Program-made: the position numbers and the translations under genes | The notes under the pieces: generated by a model | What the model was told of the DNA's origin: nothing | Databases searched by the model: none | Seen by the model: the letters and a program-made list of their open reading frames with translations, nothing else | Assembly (NCBI GenBank): GCA_963668675.2 | Contig: CAXXMB010000002.1 | Span: 1,408,001 to 1,472,000 of the forward strand | Direction: 5' to 3' | From: an uncultured Desulfatitalea sp. | Lineage (GTDB): Bacteria; Desulfobacterota; Desulfobacteria; Desulfobacterales; Desulfosarcinaceae | Length of the DNA: 64,000 nucleotides | In this document: piece after piece, positions 21,354 to 31,206 of the stretch | Layout of the letters: each line of letters begins with the position of its first letter | Numbering within the stretch: position 1 is the first letter of the stretch

Positions 21354-22046
21354 CTACCACGCTTCCCGTTCCAGGCGCTTATAAATGAACATCAACTGTT
21401 TTTGGGTAAGCTCGCCCACGTTTTCATTGATCCACTTCAAATCCCCTGACGTAATGGCGGCCTTGGCTTTACTGCAAAGCTGGTATTCCTCCAGGGCAGA
21501 CGACCCCTTTTCCATAAGATCCGTCCAGAAGGCCCGGTCGTCCCAAGTGCGATTCATCACCTGGATGACCTCCCGCTTCTGGATGAGTCTCTCCTCTTCG
21601 GTCTCCGGTTCTCTCACTGCCGGACCAGCATTGCTTGTCTCCTCATGAGATTTCAGCGCTTCGGCAATCGCCGACTTGATCTGGTCTTCGGTAAACGGTT
21701 TGGGCAAAAACTCGGATACGCCCAGCTTCATGGCTTCTACAGCCGTCGATGTTGTGCCGTATCCGGTGATCACGATCACTTCGGTTTCCGGCTTTTGCGC
21801 CCGTACCTTGCGGATCACTTCCATGCCGTTGATATCCGGCAAACGGAGATCAGCCACGAGCAGGTCAAACCGTTTGTGCTGGAAGGCCTCCATGGCAAGC
21901 GCACCTGTCCCCGCCAGGTTCACGTCGAAACCGTCTTCACTCAACACCATCTCAAGCCCTTTGGCCACATTGAGATCGTCTTCCATCACCAGGATATGAG
22001 GGGGCACCTCATACTTCATGGCCGCACTCGCTTCTATGGTCATCAT
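21354..22046 (-). CDS. Response regulator with unusual helical C-terminal domain
   Basis: AAGGAGG RBS; REC motifs MEDD, ADLRLP, ITGY, PKPF; about 75-aa tail ending RLEREAW. Confidence 0.88.
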   Translation of the reverse strand: MMTIEASAAMKYEVPPHILVMEDDLNVAKGLEMVLSEDGFDVNLAGTGALAMEAFQHKRFDLLVADLRLPDINGMEVIRKVRAQKPETEVIVITGYGTTSTAVEAMKLGVSEFLPKPFTEDQIKSAIAEALKSHEETSNAGPAVREPETEEERLIQKREVIQVMNRTWDDRAFWTDLMEKGSSALEEYQLCSKAKAAITSGDLKWINENVGELTQKQLMFIYKRLEREAW

Positions 22047-22130
22047 GATGATACCTCCTTGTTCTGGTTTTCCATCTGGATAATACATTACAAATTCCCC
22101 GACACGAATTCTTCTTCGATAGCGTTATTA

Positions 22131-22146
22131 GCATTGGCTGTGCCAA
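22131..22146 (-). promoter_or_regulatory. sigma54 (-24/-12) promoter for regulator-hdrA-mvhD-fdh run
   Basis: TTGGCACAGCCAATGC with correct GG-N10-GC spacing, about 85 nt before ATG 22046. Confidence 0.8.
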
Positions 22147-22249
22147 CAGAGGCAAACGGCGGGATCGTCGGTTAGAACAACTGTATTGCAGGCGATTTCG
22201 GGCAATTTTCAATAACCCGAGAGCAGAGAAAACAGGTGTGGGAAAAGCG

Positions 22250-22362
22250 ATTTGCGTATATGTTTTTATATGGCTCCAATAGGCGCCAAAACAGATTTGG
22301 GAAATAATATTGAGGTGTTATTTGCGTATAAACGGTTATACGGGGGTATGGGCGGCCATACG
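22250..22362. promoter_or_regulatory. Three palindromic candidate enhancer (UAS) sites, CGTATA-N6-TATACG
   Basis: CGTATAtgttttTATATG (22255-72), CGTATAaacggtTATACG (22325-42), GGTATGggcggcCATACG (22345-62); first two preceded by ATTTG. Confidence 0.65.
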
Positions 22363-22408
22363 GCAGCCAGCATGCAAACGCTCACCCCCAAAAGATGGTG
22401 AAGCGAGT

Positions 22409-23842
22409 CTATCCGGAAGTTGCCGTAAGTCCTTGTTTTTTCATGAGTGTGGAGAAATTCGATCGCTGCATGCCGACACTTTGTGCCGCCTGGGTAATAT
22501 TGCCCTTTGCCGCCGCGAGGGCCTTTTTGATAAAAGCTCTCTCGATTTCCCCGAATTGGTTTTCCAGCAGGTTCTGTTTGGCCGCCTTCAGCTCTTCCAG
22601 GGTTTCGGGAATCTCGTTTCGGTGCGGTTCAGGGTTGGCTTCCCAATGATCAGAGAGGTGCTGGTATTGCAAAATTCGGCCGTCGGCAATGATAACCAGC
22701 CGATCTACCACGTTCTTAAGCTGCCGCACATTGCCTGGCCACTCTTCGTTAACCAATATCTCCAGGGAATCGTCCGAAAATCCGTCGATATGCTTGCCAG
22801 TCTCGCGGCAGGTTTTTTTCAAAAAGTGGTACAACAGCTGCGGAATATCATCCCGCCGATCCCGCAACGGGGGGATGGTAATGGGAAAGACGTTGAGGCG
22901 GTAAAAAAGGTCCTCTCTAAATTTGCCTTCATCCACCATGTTCTTTAAATCACGATTGGTGGCGGCAATAAAACGCACATCCGCTTTTTTATAACGGCTG
23001 GCCCCAACCGGTTTGAATTCATGGGTTTCAATGGCCCTGAGCAGTTTGGCCTGAATATCCATGTTCAGATTTGCCACTTCGTCCAAAAACAATGTACCGC
23101 GGCTGGCGGCCTTGAATATGCCCTCTTTCTCCTGAACAGCTCCGGTAAACGCTCCTTTTTTATGCCCGAACAGTTCACTTTCCAAGAGAGATGAAGAGAA
23201 AGTGCTGCAGTCCACCGCCATGAAGGGATGGTCCGTCCGCTTGCTGTGAGCATGAATTTCCCGGGCAAAGAGCTCCTTGCCGGTACCGCTCTCACCACTC
23301 AACAGTACGGTCGAATCGGTGGGGGCAACTTTACGTATATCGTCAAATATCTGCAATATCCTTGGATTTTCACCGACGATGTTAAGGAAGTCCTGTCGCG
23401 GGGATGGCTGCCGGCGAAGGGCCTCATGCGCCTCTCTAAAACGCCTGTTTTTCACCGCCATTTCAACGGCATTGAGCAATTCATCTTCAGCAAAAGGTTT
23501 GGAGATGTAATCAAAAGTACCCAATTTCATCGCTTCCACGGCATTCTTGACGCTGGCATAGCCGGTCATGACGATAACACAAATATCGAGTTTGGCATCT
23601 TTCACCTTTCGCAGGATATCCATCCCGTCCATATCGGGAAGCTTCATATCCAGCAAGACGAGATGGTACCGCCCACTCAACATCGCATCCACACCGGCCT
23701 TACCGGTGTTGCAAGCGTCCGCTGAATACCCTCTCTCTTGGAGTACCATTCGGCATCCAACGCAAATCGAAGGTTCGTCGTCAATAATAAGGATGGGTCG
23801 ATCCGTTGTTTCCATCATCGTGTCTCTGTCGTTCGAGGTCAA
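22409..23842 (-). CDS. NtrC-family sigma54-dependent response regulator
   Basis: REC + GESGTGKE, ESELFGHKKGAFTGA, LFLDE, FREDLFYRL, WPGNVRQL, Fis-type HTH; start may be 23818. Confidence 0.95.
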   Translation of the reverse strand: MTSNDRDTMMETTDRPILIIDDEPSICVGCRMVLQERGYSADACNTGKAGVDAMLSGRYHLVLLDMKLPDMDGMDILRKVKDAKLDICVIVMTGYASVKNAVEAMKLGTFDYISKPFAEDELLNAVEMAVKNRRFREAHEALRRQPSPRQDFLNIVGENPRILQIFDDIRKVAPTDSTVLLSGESGTGKELFAREIHAHSKRTDHPFMAVDCSTFSSSLLESELFGHKKGAFTGAVQEKEGIFKAASRGTLFLDEVANLNMDIQAKLLRAIETHEFKPVGASRYKKADVRFIAATNRDLKNMVDEGKFREDLFYRLNVFPITIPPLRDRRDDIPQLLYHFLKKTCRETGKHIDGFSDDSLEILVNEEWPGNVRQLKNVVDRLVIIADGRILQYQHLSDHWEANPEPHRNEIPETLEELKAAKQNLLENQFGEIERAFIKKALAAAKGNITQAAQSVGMQRSNFSTLMKKQGLTATSG

Positions 23843-24038
23843 TTCACTCCCAAGTTTATAGCCAATAAACGCTGTAGAAGATCATAACGATCAAACATGT
23901 GTCAACCCTATCAAATTTGCATGAGTCGGTTTTATACGATTCGCCGGGAATGCCCTGTTTTTTATATCGGCTGATACGGTTTTCTATAGAGCTCTATTGA
24001 AGCTCGTTTTCTGCAGAAAACCCTATTCCAGCAGACCG

Positions 24039-24073
24039 CCTTCTTCTTTTGAAAGGGGGGGCTGGGGGGATCT
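24039..24073 (-). repeat. Degenerate CCCCC-TTT..AAAGGGG type REP-like element
   Basis: Minus strand AGATCCCCCCAGCCCCCCCTTTCAAAAG; resembles element at 25558-25594. Confidence 0.4.
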
Positions 24074-24182
24074 ATCCCATGTGTTGTCGATTCTTGGATG
24101 AAAGATCAAATACCCGATGCAGGCCAATCAAACCAACCAATATTTTTTTGCCCGAGCCTTGCAGATGATCGAATTGGCTAAT

Positions 24183-24199
24183 TTGGCACGGTTGATGCT
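24183..24199 (+). promoter_or_regulatory. sigma54 promoter for DUF169 gene
   Basis: TTGGCACGGTTGATGCT with correct spacing. Confidence 0.75.
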
Positions 24200-24322
24200 G
24201 ACAGGATTTGACCAATTGGCACGCAAGTCAGTTTGAACCTTGTGGCCACACCTTAAAACACAAGGAGATCATTTAGGGCTAACTATAAGGAGTTATGAAA
24301 ACCTCAATTTCACCGATCGGCC

Positions 24323-25258
24323 ATGCCGATAGAAAGGAAAGAAAGAATGTCTTTAGCACAATCTATCCCGGAACTGGAAGTCAGCAAATCAATCGACACC
24401 GGCAAATATCTGGACGACGTCGCCCTCGCCGAGGCGATTCTCGATAATGCGGAACAAAATGGCGACGTCCTCAGCAGCGCGGATATCGTTTTCAGCCTGA
24501 GAAACTTTCTAAAAATGAAATACTATCCGGTAGCGATTAAGTACTTTTTTTCAGAGGATGAACTGGCGGATTTCAAAAACAGCGCAGACTATAAAACAGG
24601 GCTTCGCCCGTATACCTTTTGCCATTATGTAGCTGCATCCAGACAACGGGGCGACATCCTGCTCGGCACACAAGATAAGGTCGGCTGCTCCAATGCAAAA
24701 TACGTAATGGGATGGAAGGGATTGGACGAGGCCGAAATCAAGAGTCACTTGAAATATACCAAAGACAGGGCACAAGCTGAAAGGTTTATCAAAACCAAGA
24801 AACAACTGCCTGAAGGCTTGCTCGCCTTTGCAACGGCCCCTTTACACAAAGCGCCCTACCGGCCGGATGTTGTCCACGGGATCAGCGATGTGCTGCAGGC
24901 CTACCACCTCGGTAATGATTGGTGCGCCGCGCATGATTCACACCCCTTTAACATGACGATGACCATGAACTCCTCGATCTGTCATGGATGTGTCCGATGC
25001 CACTTGGTCAATGTACCGAACATCACGCCCATGTGCAGCAGCAGCAAGACAGCCGGCAAAACCGAACAGAGTGAAATCAATTGGGTATGGCCTGGAGACC
25101 ATCTTGAACCCACGGTTCACTGGATGCTGGAAAGAATCGTACGAGATGGCGGCGCATCTTTCCCGCGAACAGGAGAAACCTATCCCGGATTTGACATCTG
25201 CAAGCTGTGTAACTTTCTGGTTTTCACAAAGCCTATGGAAAAGAGAGCGAATAAGTAA
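24323..25258 (+). CDS. DUF169-family Cys-rich protein
   Basis: YPVAIKY, TFCHYV, GCSNAKYVMG, APL..PDVV, SICHGC, MCSSS pattern; start may be 24347. Confidence 0.75.
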   Translation: MPIERKERMSLAQSIPELEVSKSIDTGKYLDDVALAEAILDNAEQNGDVLSSADIVFSLRNFLKMKYYPVAIKYFFSEDELADFKNSADYKTGLRPYTFCHYVAASRQRGDILLGTQDKVGCSNAKYVMGWKGLDEAEIKSHLKYTKDRAQAERFIKTKKQLPEGLLAFATAPLHKAPYRPDVVHGISDVLQAYHLGNDWCAAHDSHPFNMTMTMNSSICHGCVRCHLVNVPNITPMCSSSKTAGKTEQSEINWVWPGDHLEPTVHWMLERIVRDGGASFPRTGETYPGFDICKLCNFLVFTKPMEKRANK

Positions 25259-25334
25259 TCCATAGAAAGGTCTCGCTGAATACAAAATCCTCTCGCAAGC
25301 AGCTGATAGGATCGTATTCATTAATATTACGGGG

Positions 25335-25369
25335 GCGGGTCCAACATCATGAGATCCGCAACTTTTTTT
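25335..25369 (+). terminator. Probable intrinsic terminator after DUF169 gene
   Basis: GCGGGTC...GATCCGC stem followed by T7. Confidence 0.5.
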
Positions 25370-25445
25370 ATCAATTATTCAAAGGGCGACATACAACGCC
25401 TGGGTCCTATGCGTTGCACAACGCACTTGATCATATACCAAAATC

Positions 25446-25517
25446 GTAGTGCGGGGTTTACCCACGCCGATGTACCTGTAAGGTGCTTTTATAGCTTGGA
25501 ATAAACCCCGCAGCTAC
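25446..25517. repeat. Inverted GTAG-type REP doublet
   Basis: GTAGTGCGGGGTTTA (25446-60) and TAAACCCCGCAGCTAC (25502-17) are reverse complements with one indel. Confidence 0.6.
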
Positions 25518-25557
25518 ATGAAAATGCAGTCAATAGATAACCTTCCCGGCACCTTAT

Positions 25558-25594
25558 AACCCTACTAAATCCCTCTTTCTAAAAGAGGGATTTA
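25558..25594 (+). repeat. Palindromic REP-like element
   Basis: TAAATCCCTCTTT-CT-A-AAAGAGGGATTTA 13-bp stem. Confidence 0.5.
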
Positions 25595-25824
25595 TCCTCT
25601 GATTCATGAACGCTTTAATGCGAACCAATCTTACCTGCATTCTGTTTGCTTTGGTATTTCAGATAACCATAAAAGTAAAAAGCTTTTGGAATCTATGGTA
25701 TTGTCGGGTCGACAGGTATATAATGTTGTATTATGTTGCTTCCGTTAATCGCAAAGAACAAGCTAACGCATAGTATTTCTTCGAATTTTTAAAAGTAAAT
25801 CACCGCCATCAACGATTGGTTATC

Positions 25825-26835
25825 ATGGCTGAAAACAACACACATGAACCGATCTGGGAGTATGTTCCGCTGGAAGAATACATACTGCCCAGCGACACTG
25901 TTCAACGAACCGTCTCGACCCGCATTTCCAGCTTTTGGGGAAAACTGCGGCGGCAGGAAAACAAAACAGAAGCGTCAAACGACAAGACGACTGAATTGAA
26001 GCTGCTGACAAAGCATCAATTGCAAACTGCAGCGCCAAGCTCCGACTGGGTGGACGCCGCTATCACTCTGAACTTGTTTTTAACGGATAAGTTGTCAGGC
26101 CAACACGGGGAAGGACAGGTTATCGCTGTGGCCGACGCCCCGTTTGCAGGACAGTCTATAGCCATTGCTGCATTGGCTGAAATGAACGATTGGCACCTCA
26201 TATCTGCTCCTTCTCTGGAACAGATATTGAGTGCGGACCAAAAATGGCTGGATTCCGTAGGGAATACCAAAGCTCCCTGGGTGTTGCCGCATCTGGAAAA
26301 ATGTTTCCTGCGTCTTGCAAAGGGACTGCACCTGGTTCGGCGCCTGCTGGCTGATTCGGTTTCGGGACGACTCGGAAACGGGGTCATTGGCTGCAGCAGT
26401 TGGGCGTGGTCCTTTCTGCAAAAGGTTTCTGCCGAAACCGACGTCATTTCTGCTTTCACCCCACACGCTTTGGATACGCACCGCCTGCAGAACTGGCTTT
26501 CTCAGATCACATTTAAATGCAGCCCATCAAACAATTTCCGCTTCATGTTGACAGGCAAAGCCGACGAATTGATCTCTGCCCCTGCACGATCCCCGAACCG
26601 TCCGCAGAGCACTTTACGATGTGGCGTTGACCAGTCCGTATTTGCAATTGCTGCGCCCGATCTCAATCGTTACCCGAGAAACACCCGGACAACCCAATAC
26701 CGACTCAAGGCTTATCCTGTAAACCCTCGAGACCAGTTTCAGTTCGTAACGGACCTCACCGAGCGGGCCAAACCGCTTTTGTTTGAGTCGGGGATCCGAT
26801 TTGCTGCTTTTCTTCCGACCGGCATGAACAGATGA
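25825..26835 (+). pseudogene. Probable chimeric pseudogene: N-terminal part of a conserved hypothetical protein fused to a frameshifted MscS-family C-terminal remnant
   Basis: +1 frame from 26582 reads HDPRTVRRALYDVALTSPYLQL and switches near 26686 to TQYRLKAYPVNPRDQFQFVTDLT; family match is from memory. Confidence 0.55.
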
Positions 26836-27785
26836 ATTTTTTCCGACACGTTCATCAACGCCTTGCATATAAAGGCGCATTGAAAAAAAGGCGACTCCGG
26901 ATAAAGGCCGAAAGCCTGGCGGTGATCGACCAAATGGTCGTATCACTTGGAAAAAAACTTCCCTATCTGCAAAGCTACCGCACCGAATTGGTCCCCTTGA
27001 TTTACCGCACTGGTCGCTATCTTGACACAATGCTGGACGCGATTCCCGGACCTGCAGCACTCGATCCGAACCACTGGGATAAAGATCCCCTCATTCATTC
27101 CATGTTTGTATCTGAAAAGCACACCAAAGAACTGATTGCTGACAGCGAACCCTTACAGCGATTCTTTCAGGGTTCGAATTCCAAGATTGCCTTTGCGCTG
27201 CTCACGGCAGAAAAAAGAGAAAAGACCATTTCCGGAACGGAATTCGTCGGAGAAATCGTGCGACGCGACGTAATACAAAAGGCGATTTTCTTTGAGCAAC
27301 TACAGATAACGATGCCCACCGATGAGCTGGCGAAAACCCGACGGCAGGTCAAATATCAACTATTTTCCGATCTGTTTACACAGGCTGCCGAGAAAATTTC
27401 CGAGATCAAGGCAATTAAATCGGAACTCAAAACACGACACGATGTAATAACAGCAAAAATGCCACTTTTTATAAACAAGGAAGGGCAAAAAGAGATGGAT
27501 GAACTGCACGACGCCCTCGAAAAGCAAATCGAAGAGATTGGAGCAACACTTGACTCTCCTGATGATTATATTTCTCCCTTGAAAAATTTGCTCCTGAATC
27601 CACAGATCCACATCTCGGCCAAACCGGTAGTTCTGAAATTAAACTCAATGGGAATTCTTTTAAGCGATAATTCTAAACAAGAGGTCAAACCGATTTTGCT
27701 GGCTGAATTCGAATCCAATGCCGGCAAGAAGTGTGTGGCAACCTGGATTCGTGTCGAAAAAGAAAACGTAACGCAACAGTTTTGA
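26832..27785 (+). CDS. Hypothetical protein with coiled-coil segment
   Basis: 317-aa ORF overlapping upstream stop (ATGA); AT-richer. Confidence 0.7.
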   Translation: MNFFRHVHQRLAYKGALKKRRLRIKAESLAVIDQMVVSLGKKLPYLQSYRTELVPLIYRTGRYLDTMLDAIPGPAALDPNHWDKDPLIHSMFVSEKHTKELIADSEPLQRFFQGSNSKIAFALLTAEKREKTISGTEFVGEIVRRDVIQKAIFFEQLQITMPTDELAKTRRQVKYQLFSDLFTQAAEKISEIKAIKSELKTRHDVITAKMPLFINKEGQKEMDELHDALEKQIEEIGATLDSPDDYISPLKNLLLNPQIHISAKPVVLKLNSMGILLSDNSKQEVKPILLAEFESNAGKKCVATWIRVEKENVTQQF

Positions 27786-28429
27786 ATCCACAACAGCAGA
27801 AAACATTTCTTCTCCGGCCTGTTCCTTGATAACCTCACCCAGCAAACGCCCAAGAGGTCAACCTGATGCCGAATATGCGGTGGCACCCCCTCTTTCGTTC
27901 CGTCTGGGTTCGGCGGTGATGTCACCCCACTCATCTTCACTTCTTTGAAGAAAACCTTTCTTGATATCAGCTGTGTCTTGAGATTCGGCTTTTCCCTTGA
28001 TATTGGCACGTTGACACCAATACCTTTTTTGTATTTTTTTGTGTCTTTTGCGCACATATTGGCACTATCTCCCAATACTGAAAATAGCGTTATAAACATC
28101 TACAGGAAGCAGATTTTCAGCACATATTGAGCTACCATCCTGTTTTTGACAACAAAGACAGCCGTTTAAGAGTGAACGCCGTTGCGTGATGGCATCAATG
28201 CAATACTTTGGCAACATTTTCTATAATCTCTCTCTGCACATTTTGGCTACACAGTCCGATCCCAATATAGTCGTTCCTCACATGGGTTACTGTTGCAGCC
28301 TTAACGATTAAACTGTACGTAGAGAGCCATCTACCCCCATACGGAGCATCCTTCCCACAAACACGCAACTCCCTCCATGAACTTGACATCTCCTCATTTA
28401 CGCCTTAAATATATCGTTTACTTACATAA

Positions 28430-28520
28430 TCATGTTGAGAGGCGCGAGGGAACTGGCCTGACGACCGCCCGGCAACCTATCCATAAAGGTGCTAAATCCA
28501 GCCCGAACAGGGGAACATGA
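28430..28520 (+). ncRNA. SAM-I (S-box) riboswitch aptamer
   Basis: GAGAGG..GAGGGAACTGGCC..GA..GGCAACC..GGTGCTAAATCC core; P1 TCATG/CATGA; directly upstream of met genes. Confidence 0.93.
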
Positions 28521-28547
28521 GGTCTGAGCGACAACATGGCACAGCGT

Positions 28548-28575
28548 AGACCTCTCCTTTTGTGAGAGGTTTTTC
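28548..28575 (+). terminator. Riboswitch expression-platform terminator
   Basis: AGACCTCTC-N7-GAGAGGTTT TTC; antiterminator GAGGTCT (28519-25) pairs with AGACCTC (28548-54). Confidence 0.85.
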
Positions 28576-28582
28576 TATTTGA

Positions 28583-29911
<1,329 letters not shown>

Positions 29912-30063
29912 TGAGTTAGCGGGTTTGTTGCGTTGATATGATGGAGTTACTTGGGTTAGACAACCCGAAACCGACAAACGATAAGAACACAATCAACCCA
30001 GCAACCCAAAAACGCAACAACCCAATGAACTCAACAAACCCTATAAACGCAATAAACGAAAGA
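29912..30063. repeat. AAC-anchored 7-9 nt periodic repeat tract with complementary GTT arm
   Basis: About 12 units such as AACCCAGC AACCCAAA AACGCAAC AACCCAATG AACTCAACA AACCCTATA AACGCAATA (29962-30063). Confidence 0.7.
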
Positions 30064-30066
30064 GAC

Positions 30067-31206
30067 ATGGACCGCAACTCTGTTGGACAGGTAACACCGC
30101 AAACTTTCACATTCGGCAGCACGGATGATCCTATGGTGCTCGAATCCGGTTACACCCTGGGACCGGTGGGTATTACCTACGAAACCTACGGTGAACCCAA
30201 TGAGGACCGCTCGAATGCCATCCTGATCTGTCACGCCCTCTCCGGGGACCATCATGTGGCCGGCTATAACGATCCTCACGACCGACGTACCGGCTGGTGG
30301 GACAGCATGATCGGCCCAGGCAAGGCGTTCGACACCCGCCGGTTCTGGGTCATCTGCTCGAACATCATCGGCGGCTGCAAAGGCTCGACCGGACCGACGA
30401 GCATCGATCCGCAGACCGGCGAGCCCTTCGGCCTCACCTTCCCGGTGGTGACCATCGGCGACATGGTCGACGCCCAGAAACGCCTCATGGACCACCTGGA
30501 GATCGAGCGCCTCTACAGCATGGCGGGCGGCTCCATGGGTGGGTTTCAGGTGCTCGAGTGGATTCTGCGTTATCCCGAAATGGTCCGCTCGGCCATCTGC
30601 ATCGCATCCGCCTCGCGCCTCTCGGCCCAGGCCATCGCCTTCAACAGCATCGGCCGTAGCGCCATTACGCGGGACCCGGCGTGGAAAAAGGGTTGCTACA
30701 ACGACAGAGGTCCGGAGCAGGGGCTGGCCACCGCCCGTATGATTGGCCACATCACCTATCTGTCGGAGATGCTACTAGATGCCAAGTTCGGTCGCCGGCT
30801 GCAGTCGGCCAATCGCCTCAGCTACAACTTTTCGAGCGAGTTTGCCATCGAGAGCTACCTCGATCACAAGGGAAGTGCGTTTACCGAACGTTTCGACGCC
30901 AACAGCTACCTCTATATCACCAAAGCCATGGACTACTTCGACATCAGCCGCTCTTACGGCCCCTTAAAGGAGGCCTTTGCCCGGGTTCTGGCCCGGTGCC
31001 TCTTTGTCTCCTACAGCACGGATTGGCTCTTCCCCACGAGTCAAACCAAAGAGATGGTGCGCGCCATGCTCTCCAGCGGCAAACCGGTCTCTTTCATCGA
31101 CATCGATTCGCCCTACGGCCACGATGCATTCCTCGTGGAAGAAGAGAAACTGACGCGAATTGTTTCCGGATTTCTGACCGGTGTGGGAAAGGAGGCAAGC
31201 GCATGA
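30067..31206 (+). CDS. metX: Homoserine O-acetyltransferase
   Basis: CHALSG, GWWD, GGSMGG nucleophile, FDANSY, YGHDAFL. Confidence 0.93.
   Translation: MDRNSVGQVTPQTFTFGSTDDPMVLESGYTLGPVGITYETYGEPNEDRSNAILICHALSGDHHVAGYNDPHDRRTGWWDSMIGPGKAFDTRRFWVICSNIIGGCKGSTGPTSIDPQTGEPFGLTFPVVTIGDMVDAQKRLMDHLEIERLYSMAGGSMGGFQVLEWILRYPEMVRSAICIASASRLSAQAIAFNSIGRSAITRDPAWKKGCYNDRGPEQGLATARMIGHITYLSEMLLDAKFGRRLQSANRLSYNFSSEFAIESYLDHKGSAFTERFDANSYLYITKAMDYFDISRSYGPLKEAFARVLARCLFVSYSTDWLFPTSQTKEMVRAMLSSGKPVSFIDIDSPYGHDAFLVEEEKLTRIVSGFLTGVGKEASA

Noticed and set aside
24216..24231. Second TTGGCACG as another sigma54 promoter
   Set aside because: No GC at the -12 position
27566..28389. Short ORFs in the AT-rich gap (27566-28099, 27858-28055, 28195-28389)
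   Set aside because: No motifs or convincing RBS; one overlaps a better gene on the other strand
29912..30063. CRISPR array or extended MetX N-terminus (ORF start 29938)
   Set aside because: Units are 7-9 nt without spacers and no cas genes are present; MetX-like sequence begins near ATG 30067
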